Shown here: positions 24,678 through 36,850 of the stretch, one piece after another
Layout of the letters: each line of letters opens with the position of its first letter
How positions within the stretch are numbered: the first letter of the stretch is position 1
From: Epithemia pelagica
Lineage: Eukaryota; Protista; Bacillariophyta
Reading direction: 5' to 3'
Assembly (NCBI GenBank): GCA_946965045.2
Contig: OX337241.1
Coordinates: 1,240,001 to 1,304,000, forward strand
Length of the DNA stretch: 64,000 nucleotides
Translations under genes and position numbers: made by a program
Notes under the pieces: generated by a model
What the model saw: the letters and a program-made list of their open reading frames with translations, nothing else
What the model was told of the DNA's origin: nothing
The model's database searches: none

Positions 24678-25280
24678 ATGTCAACTAGTGAAGGCCCGTG
24701 TTCTGAAGGTCCCGCGGATGGTCCAATCTCAAGATTGATAACTGCCTTTATACGCCTCCAACGAACAGAAAAGCGCAAGACCGGCCAGCTGGAACAAGCC
24801 CACGAAGACCGTCTTTGTGCGGTGGACCGCCGGTACTGGGCTGATAAAGCCCAGTTAGAACAGCGCTATCAAGAGGAACGTGCTACTGAGAATACGCGGT
24901 ATAGACAAGCGCTTCGTGAAGCAAGAAACCAGTTTGAAGCCGACTCAGGAGCAGTATACAGAACAGCACTTGAAGGAGAAGAACATCTTTTGGGACAAGC
25001 AGAACGAGGTGAACTACTACCTGAAGCAGCAGCAGTTGAAGTTGAAGACACAGAAGAACAAGAAGTAGAAGACGTGATTCAAGTTCACTCGAAAGTCTCA
25101 GTCCTCACTCCTGTCAAGTTGGCGCAACACGCTAGGGGGATTTCGAATCTTCAAGGGACTGTCGTGAGATACACAAAGTCGGGCGAGCAAGTTTGGGTCC
25201 GCATTTGGAACAAGATCACGAACAAGTTTGAAGAACATCGAAGACAACTCAACAACGTGAAACTCATCCAAGAATCATAA
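24678..25280 (+). CDS. Copia-1 extra ORF (200 aa), unknown function; charged coiled-coil then a predicted beta-rich C-terminus
   Basis: Intact ATG-TAA ORF starting 37 nt after the 5' LTR and ending 2 nt before the gag ATG. Confidence 0.7.
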   Translation: MSTSEGPCSEGPADGPISRLITAFIRLQRTEKRKTGQLEQAHEDRLCAVDRRYWADKAQLEQRYQEERATENTRYRQALREARNQFEADSGAVYRTALEGEEHLLGQAERGELLPEAAAVEVEDTEEQEVEDVIQVHSKVSVLTPVKLAQHARGISNLQGTVVRYTKSGEQVWVRIWNKITNKFEEHRRQLNNVKLIQES

Positions 25281-25282
25281 GC

Positions 25283-28200
25283 ATGTCAGAAGCAAGACCT
25301 GACCAAGTGGACTCAGGTGGTCGAGGACGAGGACAACAAGGACGAGGTAGAGGAAACCAAGGCCGTGGTCGTGGCGGACGCAACCGAGGAGGTACAACTA
25401 GTAAATTTGAAGGACAAGAGCCCTTGCTCAAAGGGTGCATTTTCGATTACGCTGAAGACTCCCAAGCGAAGAGATACTTAAAAGACATAGAACTATTAAT
25501 CGGTTACATCGGAACCAAGTTCTCGAAATACAACCAAGATTTTCAAGTCGCTGTGGAGAACCTCAACCTACAAGACCCAGTTGCACCAACGGAGCCAGGA
25601 CCTACTGCAACCAACATCCAAGTCGAAGCTTGGAAGATGGAACATAAGCGAATGATGGATAAGCGAGATGCAGTGGCAGATTTTCGATCTGCTCTATATA
25701 GTATTATATTGGGACAGTCAACAGAACTCCTCAAGGATAAACTTCGTGCTCACAAAGACTTTGGATCAATTCAAACCAAGAGAGACGGGATTGAGTTATT
25801 GCAGCTCATAAAAACAACTACCTTCACCTACCAGCCTGGGAGGAGTTTACACTGGAATGGCAATGGATCAAATCCGGTTTGACTTTTATCACTTGAAACG
25901 GCATCCCGGTCAGAGTGTCCACCAGTTCTATGAAGTGTTTAAGGCGAAGGTGAAAGTGATAGAGGAACTTGGAATTATCCTTTGTGATGCTGCCTATGTT
26001 GAAGAGATTGCTAAGAAAAATGGACGTTCTGGCAACGCCATCGATAAGGATACAATAGAAGCTCAAGAAAGAATGATCGCCAATCGCTTCATTCGAGCAT
26101 GCCAGCAGAAGGAATATGAAGCTCATCTTCATAACAACTCCCTAGATGGACAGAATATTTATCCAGCTACCTTGGCCGACGCTAGAGCAATCATGGATGC
26201 AAGAATGTCAAGAAAACAAGAACAACAGAGTCAACATGATACGACAAATGCAAATGGAGGTACTGGTGTTGCATTCATCACCGATTCAACAACAACTACA
26301 AATCAAGGCGACACCCAAGGTGGTGCCAATCAACAAGGTTCGAATCATACTGACCATATATCAACTGTTATTCCAACCTCACCTGTTCTTTCTCTTTCAA
26401 CTTCCCAGACTAACATACCCAAGACCTGGATCCTACTCGACAACCAGGCAACAGTCCATGTCTTTTCAAATCCACAACTTCTACGAAATCAACCATCCAA
26501 GGCCCCACATCAGATAACAATACGGGGACATGGGGGATCCAGGACAACAGCACTTCAAGGCAAATTTGACCCTTATGGAACGGTCTGGTTTGACCAAGGG
26601 GGCTGGGTCAACATCCTCTCATTCTATATCATTACCAAAACCCACAAGATCAAGTACAACGACGACAACGATACATTCACAGTAAATGGAGACCAGGTGG
26701 ACTGCTTCAAATCAAATGGAGAGGGCTTGTATTATACTGAGTGTAATTCAGATAATAAATCATGCCTAGTCACCACAGTGTCTAAGAATAAGCAATGATA
26801 TACGGAGAATGAAGTTGCTCGTGCTAAGGGAGTCCGGTCGCTTCAAGCAAAAGTAGGGCGACCAAGTGACCGTGAACTGTGTAAGATTCTGGACTCAAAT
26901 TTACTTCCGAATTGCCCATTCACGAGTCATGATGTCAAGTTAGCAATGAAAATCTTTGGACCCGACATAGGGATCCTAAAAGGAAAAACAACGCGAAGAC
27001 GCCCACACAAAGTGGAATTCCAAGAACTCGGCGACGTCCCCATCCCGGACAAACACAAAGATGTTGTTCTCAGCATGGATGTCATGCATGTTAATGGCGT
27101 GGGTTTCCTTGTCACCATCTCTCAGAATATCAAGTTTGGGACAGTCCATACCCTACCGTCAGTTACAGATCAGTCTGTCATTACGGCAATCAAACAGGTA
27201 GCGTCAATATATCGACGAGGAGATCTGAGACCACGTGTTCTCTTAGCTGATGGAGCCTTTGATACGACAGAGATCAATGCAGCACTCAACAACATTGGGA
27301 TCAAGCTCAACCCAACTTCAAGAGAAGAACATGTTGGAGAGGTGGAGCGATACATACGAACGCTCAAGGAACGAATGCGTTGTGTTTATAACACACTCCC
27401 ATTTCGCTATGTCCCAAGAATTATGGTGATTGAACTGGCAAAGTATGCTTGTTATTGGCTGAACGCTTTTCCAGCATCCCAAGGACTTTCCAACACGCTC
27501 AGTCCTAGAACTCTCGTAACTGGGAAAATGATTGACTTTAATCGTCACTGCAAATTTGAATTTGGTCAGTACGTCCAAACCCACGAGCAGCATTCAAACA
27601 ACATGGGCCCAAGAACAGTGGGAGCAATTGCCCTTCGCCCTACAGGGAACCGCCAGGGAGGATACTACTTCATGAGCCTGGTCACTGGCCGAATCATCAA
27701 CAGGAATCATGCAACAATTGTGCCAATGCCTGAAGGCATCGAAAAACGCGTGTATGACTTCACCAATGCGCAAGATCCGTACCCTAATTTGGCATTTGGC
27801 AACCGTGACAACCGAATTGTAGCCTCGAATTTGATGATGATGATGAATCAAACGATGAGGAATTCATTGTTGACGAAGAAGAGCAAGATATTGATCTTAG
27901 GTATGATGAAGAGTATATTGACGGCGAGCTAGAAGAAGTGGATGAAGAGGTAGACGAGGAAGATGAAAACCATGGATTGGGTATGGAGGTCATCGGTGAG
28001 GAAGAGGAAGGAATAGGTGATCCAATGGAGGAGATGGAGAAAAATCAAGGAGTGGGGGATCAAGGAGTGGAGGATGTGGAAAATGATGATCAAGTATTCG
28101 ACCAACCATCAGTAGAAGGAGAACCTTTCGATGGTCCGATCAATGCTCCAGCTGAAAATCCAGGAGTGGAGCAGTATCACGAAGGAGAACTCAATGAAAA

Positions 28201-30193
28201 TCCTGTATTGGCAAATGAGATTGACCAACAGGACGAACAAAATATAGTATATTTTGTTGATCAAGCCGTGGCAGACAACAGGTTAGCAGAGAACCAAGCT
28301 GAGCCGGCCCTGGAACCAGAACCCAGAACAGAACCCACTGCAGCACCAAGTGGCGACAGAGACCCATCTGAACAACGATACAATCTACGTACAAATCGAG
28401 AACGTAGCTACGTGCATAGATATGAACATGATATCTATGTGACGAGCGCTACCAACGAAACTCCACAGATGGGTATGAAACAAGGAGTGAGGATGTTTGG
28501 AGATCTGGGAGTCTCGGCAGTAAAGAAAGAAGTTCTACAACTTCATGACCGAGAAGTGATTTGGGCAATTCACAAGAGCCAACTTACAAAAGAACAAATA
28601 CGCCAAGCCTTAGGATACTTGATGTTCCTAAAGAGAAAAAGGAATGGGAAAATCAAAGGTCGTGGTTGTGCAGACGGTAGAAAGCAGCGGGGTCATATTG
28701 CAAAGGAAGACACAGTCTCACCAACAGTATCAACCGAAGCGGTATTTATCACGGCAATAGTTGACGCGATGGAGAAGCGAGAGGTGGCAGTAGTTGACAT
28801 ACCAGGTGCATTTATGCAAGTAATCATGGACAAGGACGTCTATATGCGCATAACGGGACTGATGGTCGACCTCTTGATCGAAATTGACAAAAGCTACGAA
28901 CAATTTGTGGTTTATGAACGTGGAGAAAAAGTTATATATGTGGAATGACTACGAGCTCTATACAGTACACTCAGAGTAGCAAGACTATTTTGGGAGAAGC
29001 TCACAAGTGTTCTGAAAAGCTGGGGCTTCGAGATTAATCCATACGATTCTTGTGTGGCAAACAAAACAATCAACGGCCATCAGTGTACTCTTACCTGGCA
29101 TGTGGACAATCTTGAGATCTCTCACAAAGATCCTGCCGTGGTAACGCAAATCATTAAGGATTTGAAGAACACTTTTGCCACCCTTGGTGAACTGTCCATT
29201 TCACGTGGCAAGCGTCATGATTATTTGGGAATGTGGTTGGACTTTAGTGAGCCCGGTACCCTTATGGTCGATATGCAATTATACATCCAAGGATTGATTG
29301 AGGAAGTGCCAAAGGAATTTCATGGCAAAGCCTTGACACCAGCAGCTAATCATCTCTTCATGGTGACAGAAGAGTCCCCAAAACTGAAACAAGACCAAGC
29401 CGACTATTTCCATAGTCTCACTATGCAGCTCATGTATTTGGCCCAACGGGCACGACCTGATTTGAGAGCAACTCTGGCTTTCTTGAGTACTCGAGTTTCT
29501 GAGCCAACTGAGGAGGACTGGAGGAAACTCTCCCGACTGATGAAATACCTGCAGTCGACAAAAGACCTCCTGTTACGCCTCAACTGTGATGGGAGTGGCA
29601 TTGTCAAATGGTGGATTGATGCGTCATACGCAATTCATCCAAACATGCGTGGACATACTGGAGCAGTCATGTCAATGGGACAAGGGGCCGCTCTGAGCAT
29701 GTCAAGCAAGCAAAAATTAGTTGCCAGAAGTTCGACTGAAAGCGAACTAATTGGGGTCCACGATGGACTTCCATTGATCATGTGGAGTAAGCAATTTATG
29801 GAGGCCCAAGGCTATCCAATAAAGGACGTGATCTTGTATCAAGATAACAAGAGTACCATCTTGCTCGAGAAAAATGGACGTGCGTCAAGCGGCAAACGAA
29901 CAAAACATATCAACATCAGATATTTCTATATCAAGGATCGTGTTGACAAGAAAGACTTACGAATTGAATATTGCCCGACTGAAGAAATGATCGCTGACTT
30001 CCACACGAAGCCGTTGCAAGGATCCATCTTCTATACTTTTCGTGATGCCCTAATGAATATCCCGAGAACTAGTAAATACCATTCCTCACGAAGGAGTGTG
30101 TTAGGACAAGTGGATGCGAGTAAGGCAAAGGAAACGAAAAGTGCGACTGAAGAGGAAAAGGCCCAATGGACTTTGGTGACGTCAGAGTCATAG
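25283..30193 (+). pseudogene. Copia-1 gag-pol with disabling lesions
   Basis: Frameshifts near 25855 and 27820; in-frame TGA at 26796 and 28946 with homology continuing on both sides; RT motif WHVDD reads WHVDN (29102-29110); RG-rich gag N-terminus. Confidence 0.9.
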
Positions 30194-30310
30194 GCACAAG
30201 ATCGAGGCGAAACAAACAAATGAGCCACGAGGAGGCTCATTCTTTTTAAAATAACACGAGATCATCTCTAGTGGTTACTTGTACGGTACGACCGGAGTTG
30301 TGTTTCAACA
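30099..30310 (+). repeat. 3' LTR of Copia-1 (212 bp)
   Basis: Direct repeat of 24427-24640, preceded by purine-rich GAAGGAGTG; the pol frame reads into it. Confidence 0.95.
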
Positions 30311-30410
30311 GGAACACTTCCTTATCTTGGAGCTCTCGGTGGGAAGTCAAAGAAGGGAATAGGAAAGCTCGAATAGGAAGGTCTCCAGAGAAGAACCAAA
30401 GACAAAAAGG

Positions 30411-32624
30411 ATGACAGAAGGGGGCGATGTGAATCTGGATCAAATTAAGCGCAAAACAGTTGCCTTTCAAGATCCCGAGCAAGACGGTCATGGCCCAAAC
30501 GATTCCTCGTCGTCCCTCGTAGGGAAGAATGACGAGAATAACAGCACCCACCCCAACCGCACTATGCTTCCAAGGGACAATCCTACTCGAAAAAGTGTTC
30601 GTGACATGGCCAATTCGATTCAGCATCATGCGACAGCGGCAGCCAGTGCCGTCACCAAATCCATTTTATTGGGAGCATGCGACAAGGATGTAGTGGGAGT
30701 TCGAGAAGCGGGAGATCACATTGATTTACGAACAGGCATGACGACGACTCGGTACCAAACCATCCATATGGTGTCTAAAGAGGATCAGCAACCCATGCGT
30801 GCTACTCTCCGAAGACGACGAGGGACTCACAGTAGTGTGACGACTAAACCAGACCAGGCATACATGAACAGTGATAACGATCAGAACAATGCTCCCAATG
30901 CTGGAAGCTCTGCGAATCAAACCGGGTCCTCTCCTGTCGAGGATACGAAACGCTACCGAATCATCTCTGGCACCAACTCCATGAAAACATCTCGGCTGCG
31001 AAAAATCATTCAACAAGACGAAGATTTTATTCTTGCTTCCATTACTGGATTCTTTCGTTGGACCTTTACAGCAACCTTTATGGAAGTGTTTTTCGTCAGC
31101 TTTCTGGGATTCATGGTGTTGATCATCATATTTGCCCTGTTTGTGTATTGGATCGACCGTCATCAACCGGAGTGCGTTGCTGGGGTAGACCGTGAAAACG
31201 GTGCACATAACATTGATTTTGTGGATGCATACCATCTTTCTTGGACCGTAAGTAAAAATTACAACAGTGGCACTGCAGTGAATCTTTTTCTCTCCTGCCA
31301 CCATTACCTCATCGCCCCTTTCTGGTGCTAGACTCTCAGCACGGTCGGATATGGTATCGTTGCACCAGGTCTTACGAGTGCTGTAACAGACAGCAAACAT
31401 TCGTGTCGCGGCATTAACATTTTAATGGCGTTTGAATCATTTGTGGGGGTGCTGTTTGCCAGTATTATTGGAGCAACTCTATTCGGCAAAGTCGCCCGAA
31501 TCCAATCCATTGCCCCGGTCAAATTCAGTGATCCAATTGTGGTCCGTTATGATACGGGCTGCGACCAACCGGATCCACAAGACCCAGCGGATCGATCCAC
31601 ATTGATGGATGAATGCATGGTCGATGGTGAAATTCCCTGTCCAATTCTGGAATTCCGTATGATCAACACCATATGGAATCTCAAAGGAGGCGAAATCATG
31701 GATGCTACTGTTTCTTTGGTTGTTTCGAGATTAGCCAATGCAAGCAAAAGTGTCGCCAAAGATAAAATCAAACAACAACCGAAGCGAAGACGGAAATTGC
31801 GTCCATTAGCATTTCAAAACACGACGACTTCTGCAGACTCAAAGTCTTTGTCTACGGTCTCGTTGTTGGGTCCAACACACTCTAGTTTGTCGCAATCGGG
31901 CAGTGTCATTCAGCGCTTGAATAGAAGTCTCGTGGCAAGTGCGATCCTCCAGTCTCGTCTTCCCGAATCAGCATCACCTCATGCGGAAGAAGAGGCAGCC
32001 TACAATATTGCGAAGATGGCCGCTCTGAGTGTTCTGGAACCCCCTTCTGTAATTGCGGTGGAGGAACATGTGGGAAGTGACGAATTGGCCCCCTGTTCCA
32101 TTTTTGAACGACTGGAGGTGGAAACCGATCGGCACCCATTCTTTCGACGGCTTTGGACAATTCGGCATGTATGCAACGAAAATTCACCATTGTTGCCCAA
32201 TCGTATACGAAGAAAGATCCAAGAAAACAATGGATATTGGCCTCGGGAGCTAAACAGTTATGATGAGGTGCGACGAGTTCTCAATTTTCACGAAATCATT
32301 GTAAGCTTCTCGGGAACCGCCAATGCCAGTGGGTCCTCCGTATTTGCGCAAAAGGTGTACTCCTATGTCGATATGGTTGTTGGATACTCCTTTGCCAATG
32401 TGCTGAATAAGGATAAGGAAGGCAAGTTGATTGTAGACGAGCACCTGTTGAATGACGTGAAGGAACAAATTGGGGGCGGTGCGGAACCCATCAACACACA
32501 GGATGTACCCATTTTCTCGGGTTACGCCGCTCCCACGGATTCCATGTCACCAATCATCAGCCAACTGACACTTGTGGACGAAGATCTACCGTCCAGTATT
32601 ATGGACGACTTGGAGGATACATAA
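30411..32624 (+). CDS. Inward-rectifier (Kir)-like K+ channel, paralog 1 (~709 aa). Exons 30411-31247 and 31332-32624
   Basis: TM1, ECV, pore helix plus TLSTVGYG filter (formed by splicing GTAAGT...TAG), TM2 FESFVGVLF, and Kir cytoplasmic motifs FSDPIVV, ILEFRMIN, IRHVCNENSPL, EIIVSFSG. Confidence 0.88.
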
Positions 32625-32791
32625 ACCTTGGAAGCAACCTTCGACATTGGTGATGGTTGCCGTGTTGGACCTTGTCAAGGTGCATTGTTATCAGATGGGG
32701 AATCATACATTTGAGACTAGGGGGAGTAGAAAATTAGAGTGCAATTGAACTTTTGTATTTTGTGTGCCAAAGGGAACAGACAAATTCATGT

Positions 32792-34111
32792 TTATTTTCG
32801 TTTCTTGGCATCCCCACTTTTTCTGCCGTCCGTGACGTTCTTGTCAGCTGTTCCTCGTACTTCCCTTTCTCGAACGATTCGTTTCGTGCTTTTGCTGTAA
32901 GTGACTCGTCGTGGCGGGTTTCGTAAAGAGTTGTGCCCTGACGAGTTGAATACGAATCGGCTCATCAAGAACCACACAATGGCTCCCATGGTACAGCCAA
33001 CAATACCAATCATGCTCAATCGAGTCTTGAGCAAATGTACGAGTCTGACGGGCATGTGTAACTGAGACCATGCATCAAAGTAGGGAGACGTTTCCAGTAA
33101 TTCCGCTCGTTGACCATCCGATAGAACAAAGAAAAAGAAAAGTCGAGTGTGCAGTAGGGTTCCTTCCAATACAATGGCTTGCCACAGCGCATTCAAATCG
33201 GCCGGCGAGGCATAATTTTCCGTGACACCAATGCAATCTTCAAAGTTGTACACGGAATGCACTCGACCATAGGGCAAATACAGCGTTTCTCCTGGTTTCT
33301 GTAACACGTGTATGGTATCACTAGAGATCTTATGTGTATTGTTGCCGACGGCAGCATACCAGTGTTTGGTAGTGTAGTTCGAAGCTGAGCAGGACGGATC
33401 GCAGACAAGCTCATCCTCATCTACTTCCCCTGGTGGGAACAGGATCCACCACTTGTATCCCTGAAGGGCGGTATTCCAGGCATCGGTCGCTGACGGATCC
33501 AAGTGAGGATTGGTGCCACTTGTTTTACTGCCCATGACAAACCAGCGTCGAGGTCCATAATTCGGTGGAAAGTCTCTCAAGTTGGCATAGAGATCGACCT
33601 GTCGAAACGGCAACGGAACTTCAAACTCGTCCTTCAATGCCCACACACCAGCCGTTTCTCGAAGTTGATCAAAGATATAGAAGAATTTATGGTTTTGAAT
33701 GGCATGTCGAATTTCATTCCAAGTTGCCATTTTCCATTTTTCTTGTTGCACATCAAAGGTTGTCTTGAATTTTCGAGCCATCGAAAAGTTTCGCTCTGCC
33801 AAGCGATCAAATTGCCATTCTCGCAGTGCCGGCCAAGAATCGGCACAACCTTGCAATATTACTGGTATACGAGGCAATTCGTATCTGTGATAAAACTCCT
33901 GCCGAGAAATATTGCAGGAAATTCTTTCCAACCCGTCCATGGCTTGGACTTGCTCCGCAGTCAGTAAGGGCTCATCATGACGACAACAAATGATGTTCGT
34001 TGCTAAATCTTGATCGTTTCCACCTGAATTTAATGTAGACGCATCTTCGACCGCAGACGTAATCACAAATAATGTGAACGCTACCAAAACGAAGACTTTG
34101 AATAACGCCAT
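32792..34111 (-). CDS. JmjC-domain 2-oxoglutarate/Fe(II) oxygenase (JMJD6-like) with signal peptide, C-terminal TM helix and KKRK end
   Basis: MALFKVFVLVAFTLFVITSA signal; GTNPHLDPSATDAWNTALQGYKWWILFPP; QKPGETLYLPYGRVHSVYN; hydrophobic SMIGIVGCTMGAIVWFLM. Confidence 0.88.
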   Translation of the reverse strand: MALFKVFVLVAFTLFVITSAVEDASTLNSGGNDQDLATNIICCRHDEPLLTAEQVQAMDGLERISCNISRQEFYHRYELPRIPVILQGCADSWPALREWQFDRLAERNFSMARKFKTTFDVQQEKWKMATWNEIRHAIQNHKFFYIFDQLRETAGVWALKDEFEVPLPFRQVDLYANLRDFPPNYGPRRWFVMGSKTSGTNPHLDPSATDAWNTALQGYKWWILFPPGEVDEDELVCDPSCSASNYTTKHWYAAVGNNTHKISSDTIHVLQKPGETLYLPYGRVHSVYNFEDCIGVTENYASPADLNALWQAIVLEGTLLHTRLFFFFVLSDGQRAELLETSPYFDAWSQLHMPVRLVHLLKTRLSMIGIVGCTMGAIVWFLMSRFVFNSSGHNSLRNPPRRVTYSKSTKRIVREREVRGTADKNVTDGRKSGDAKKRK

Positions 34112-34449
34112 TTCCCGGTCAAGGCAAGACTGCGTCAACGTCGAGAGTGCAAAAAAGGAAAAAGATGAGGCGACAAAAAAATTTGTATCAAACACAGAAA
34201 GCGGGGTGATCTTTCTATGACCCCCCAAATTCTATGTCGTGACTGAATCGAAATGCAAAAATGGGACTGAATTAGCCGAATCTCTACCATTTGTCTGTTG
34301 AGAGTGTGTCAAAGATTGGGATGAAGAGAGCTGACGGAGTATAGTATGGGACCAAAGCATAAATATGTTTTGATAAACAAACAAACATTAAAGTTAAAAG
34401 AATGACAATTCCATCAATAATCCTCGAAAAAGAGAAACGTCTCAGTTTG

Positions 34450-36850
34450 CTACACCATGTCCTCTCCTTCCTTCTTTTCGTCATGAATATCTTCGTCGTC
34501 GGCATGGAGTGCGGAAGCGCTCGATGAGTATCCGGCAAAAATGGGAAGATCCTTCTCCGCAATTGGTTCTGCTCCACCTCCTCGTTGCTCCTTTACGTCA
34601 TTCAAAAGACTCGTGTCCACATAGATTTTACCTTCCTTATTCTTGGCCAGAACGTTGACAAAAGTATATCCCACCGTCATGTCGACATACTGATAGATTT
34701 TTTGACTGTAGACAGAGGAACCACTGACATTGGCAGTTCCGGAAAAGCTTACAATAATTTCGTAGAAATTGATAGCCTTTCGGACCGCATCATAGCTGTT
34801 TAGTTCAGATGGCCAAAAGCCATTGTTTTCGGCAATTCTAGCCCGAATACTACTTGGAAGGAGGGGAGAATTCTCGTCGCAAACATGGCGGATATTCCAC
34901 GTTCGACGAAAGAAGGGATGGCTGTCGGTTTGGACTTCCAAGGTATGGAAGATACGACGTGGAGCCAATCTATGATCTCCTACTCCTTCATCAACAGCCA
35001 CCTCTCCTTGAGGTTGAGTCACACCAACAGCGTCCGCAACGAGACTCATTCGATGGTGCACTTCCTTTTGTACAGCTTCTTCCATTTCCCGCTTTTGCTT
35101 CGCTTCGGCTTCTCGCTGTGCCCTGTTAAAGGGTTGAGCATGTTCGTCGCTATCTTCTTGTGGTTCGTGGCCGTCCGTACCGTCGTTGCTGTCGGTCGGT
35201 TTCGGAACAAGGGCATTGGCCGCTGCAGTCGCACTGGAAATGGCGCTTTGATTGAACCGCTGGGCCAAGGATCCTTTCGCCATCATGGCACGTGATACTC
35301 CACTCAACGACACGGGTTTCTTTTGCTTTGGTTTTCGGGGTTTTCCCTTGCGCTTCACCTTGTTCTTGGCAATCCGCTTATCCACCTCGTGGGTTGTTTC
35401 CAGACGCGACACAACTAGCATTACACCGGCATCCATAATTTCCCCTCCCTTTTGATTCCACATGGTATTGACCATTCGGAATTCCAAAATGGGACATGGG
35501 AGTTCCAAAGCCGCTTCATCCTCGTTGACCTCGGATATTTCAATGTCCCCAATTGTGTCTTGGTCTTTGGCGACCTGAATGCATCCAGTGCCGTATCGCA
35601 CTACGACGGGATCACTAAAGGCAACAGGGGCAATGGACTGGATACGAGCAATCTTGGCAAAAATTACCGCACCCGTGATTCCACCAAACAACACACCCAC
35701 AAAGGATTCGAAAGCCATGAGCATGTTGATGCCGGCACAACGCGATTGGTCAACTGTCGTAGCTGGCAATCCAGGTGCAATGATACCATAACCCACTGTG
35801 CTCAACGTCTAAGTTCAGGACAAGATCAAACGTTAGAGGTACGTTCTTCACAGGGCACTGAGCAGAGCAGAAACCAAAACTATCTTGACCTACCGTCCAG
35901 GACAGGTGATACGCGTCACCAAACTTGATATGTTCTGATGGTTCACGATCAACACCGACAATGCATTCAGGTTGATAGCGATCAATCCAGTAAACCAAAA
36001 TTGCAAAGAATGTGATCAACATCATGAAGAGCACAAAACTAAGCACAAACACGTGGAAAAAGTTGGCTCGAAAGGCCCAATGCAGAAATGTAGACAGCCA
36101 TGACACAAACTGTTGTTCCCCTTGCTGAATCGTCCTTCTGAAATTGTTGCTTTTCTGCATCCAGGACTGTTTCACAGTATCATCAAATGGTTTGGAAGTG
36201 ATACGATATTGCTTGATAGGAGGACCATCCTCCTTTTGTTCGCTTTCATCCTTAAAGCCTCCCGCATGTAGGACACCTGGAGTATGCGTTCGAATTTCGT
36301 GTTGCGCTTGATCGGCAGACTTTTTGGCCATTTTGGCAAGACGCGTGTGAAAGCGATGCTTCATGGGAATTTGATCTTGCGTCCCAACAGTGCGAATATA
36401 CTGGCACCGTGTGGAGACAGCACCCGTTGCCAAATCGACATGTTGTCCTGGCATTTTCATGTGTTTGGTACTCTTATCCCAGCCCCGTACCGCGTCATTA
36501 TTCGACAGTACACGACGCAAAAGAGGTGCCGAGCTTCGCAATGTGGCTGGTGGATTGGCCCGTCGTACGGGAGAGGGGATACCGGAAGCAAACGAGACTT
36601 TGGTTTCGGCTGTTCCGCTACTTTTGACGGAGGGAAGGGGCGGTGGTTGTTGATCCATGGTTGGATCTTCCACTATCACCGACAAGTACTTTCGCTCCAC
36701 TTTTGGTTCTTGAAACGAGACTGATTTAGAAACTGAGCCCTCATTTTCATCTTGAAAGACAACTTCGGTTTCGGGTGAAGTCGTCGCTGAAGCATTCTCT
36801 CTTGAGTTCACTTCCTCGATATTGTCCTCTTCCCTCGTTCCTTGCTCCAT
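34450..36850 (-). CDS. Kir-like K+ channel, paralog 2 (~771 aa). Exons 36850-35894 and 35808-34450
   Basis: Same motifs as paralog 1; intron 35893-35809 (GTAGGT...TAG) at the identical WT|TLSTVGYG position. Confidence 0.88.

Larger units (their letters stand above)
24427..30310 (+). mobile_element. Ty1/Copia LTR retrotransposon (diatom type), defective, with an extra ORF before gag
   Basis: Direct TG...CA LTRs; order gag-PR(LLDNQA)-INT(SMDVMHV/ADGAF/HVGEVERYIRTLKER)-RT(VDIPGAF, WHVDN)-RNaseH(WIDASY, STESEL, YQDNKS, ADFHTKPL); no TSD (GACAT vs GGAAC). Confidence 0.95.
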
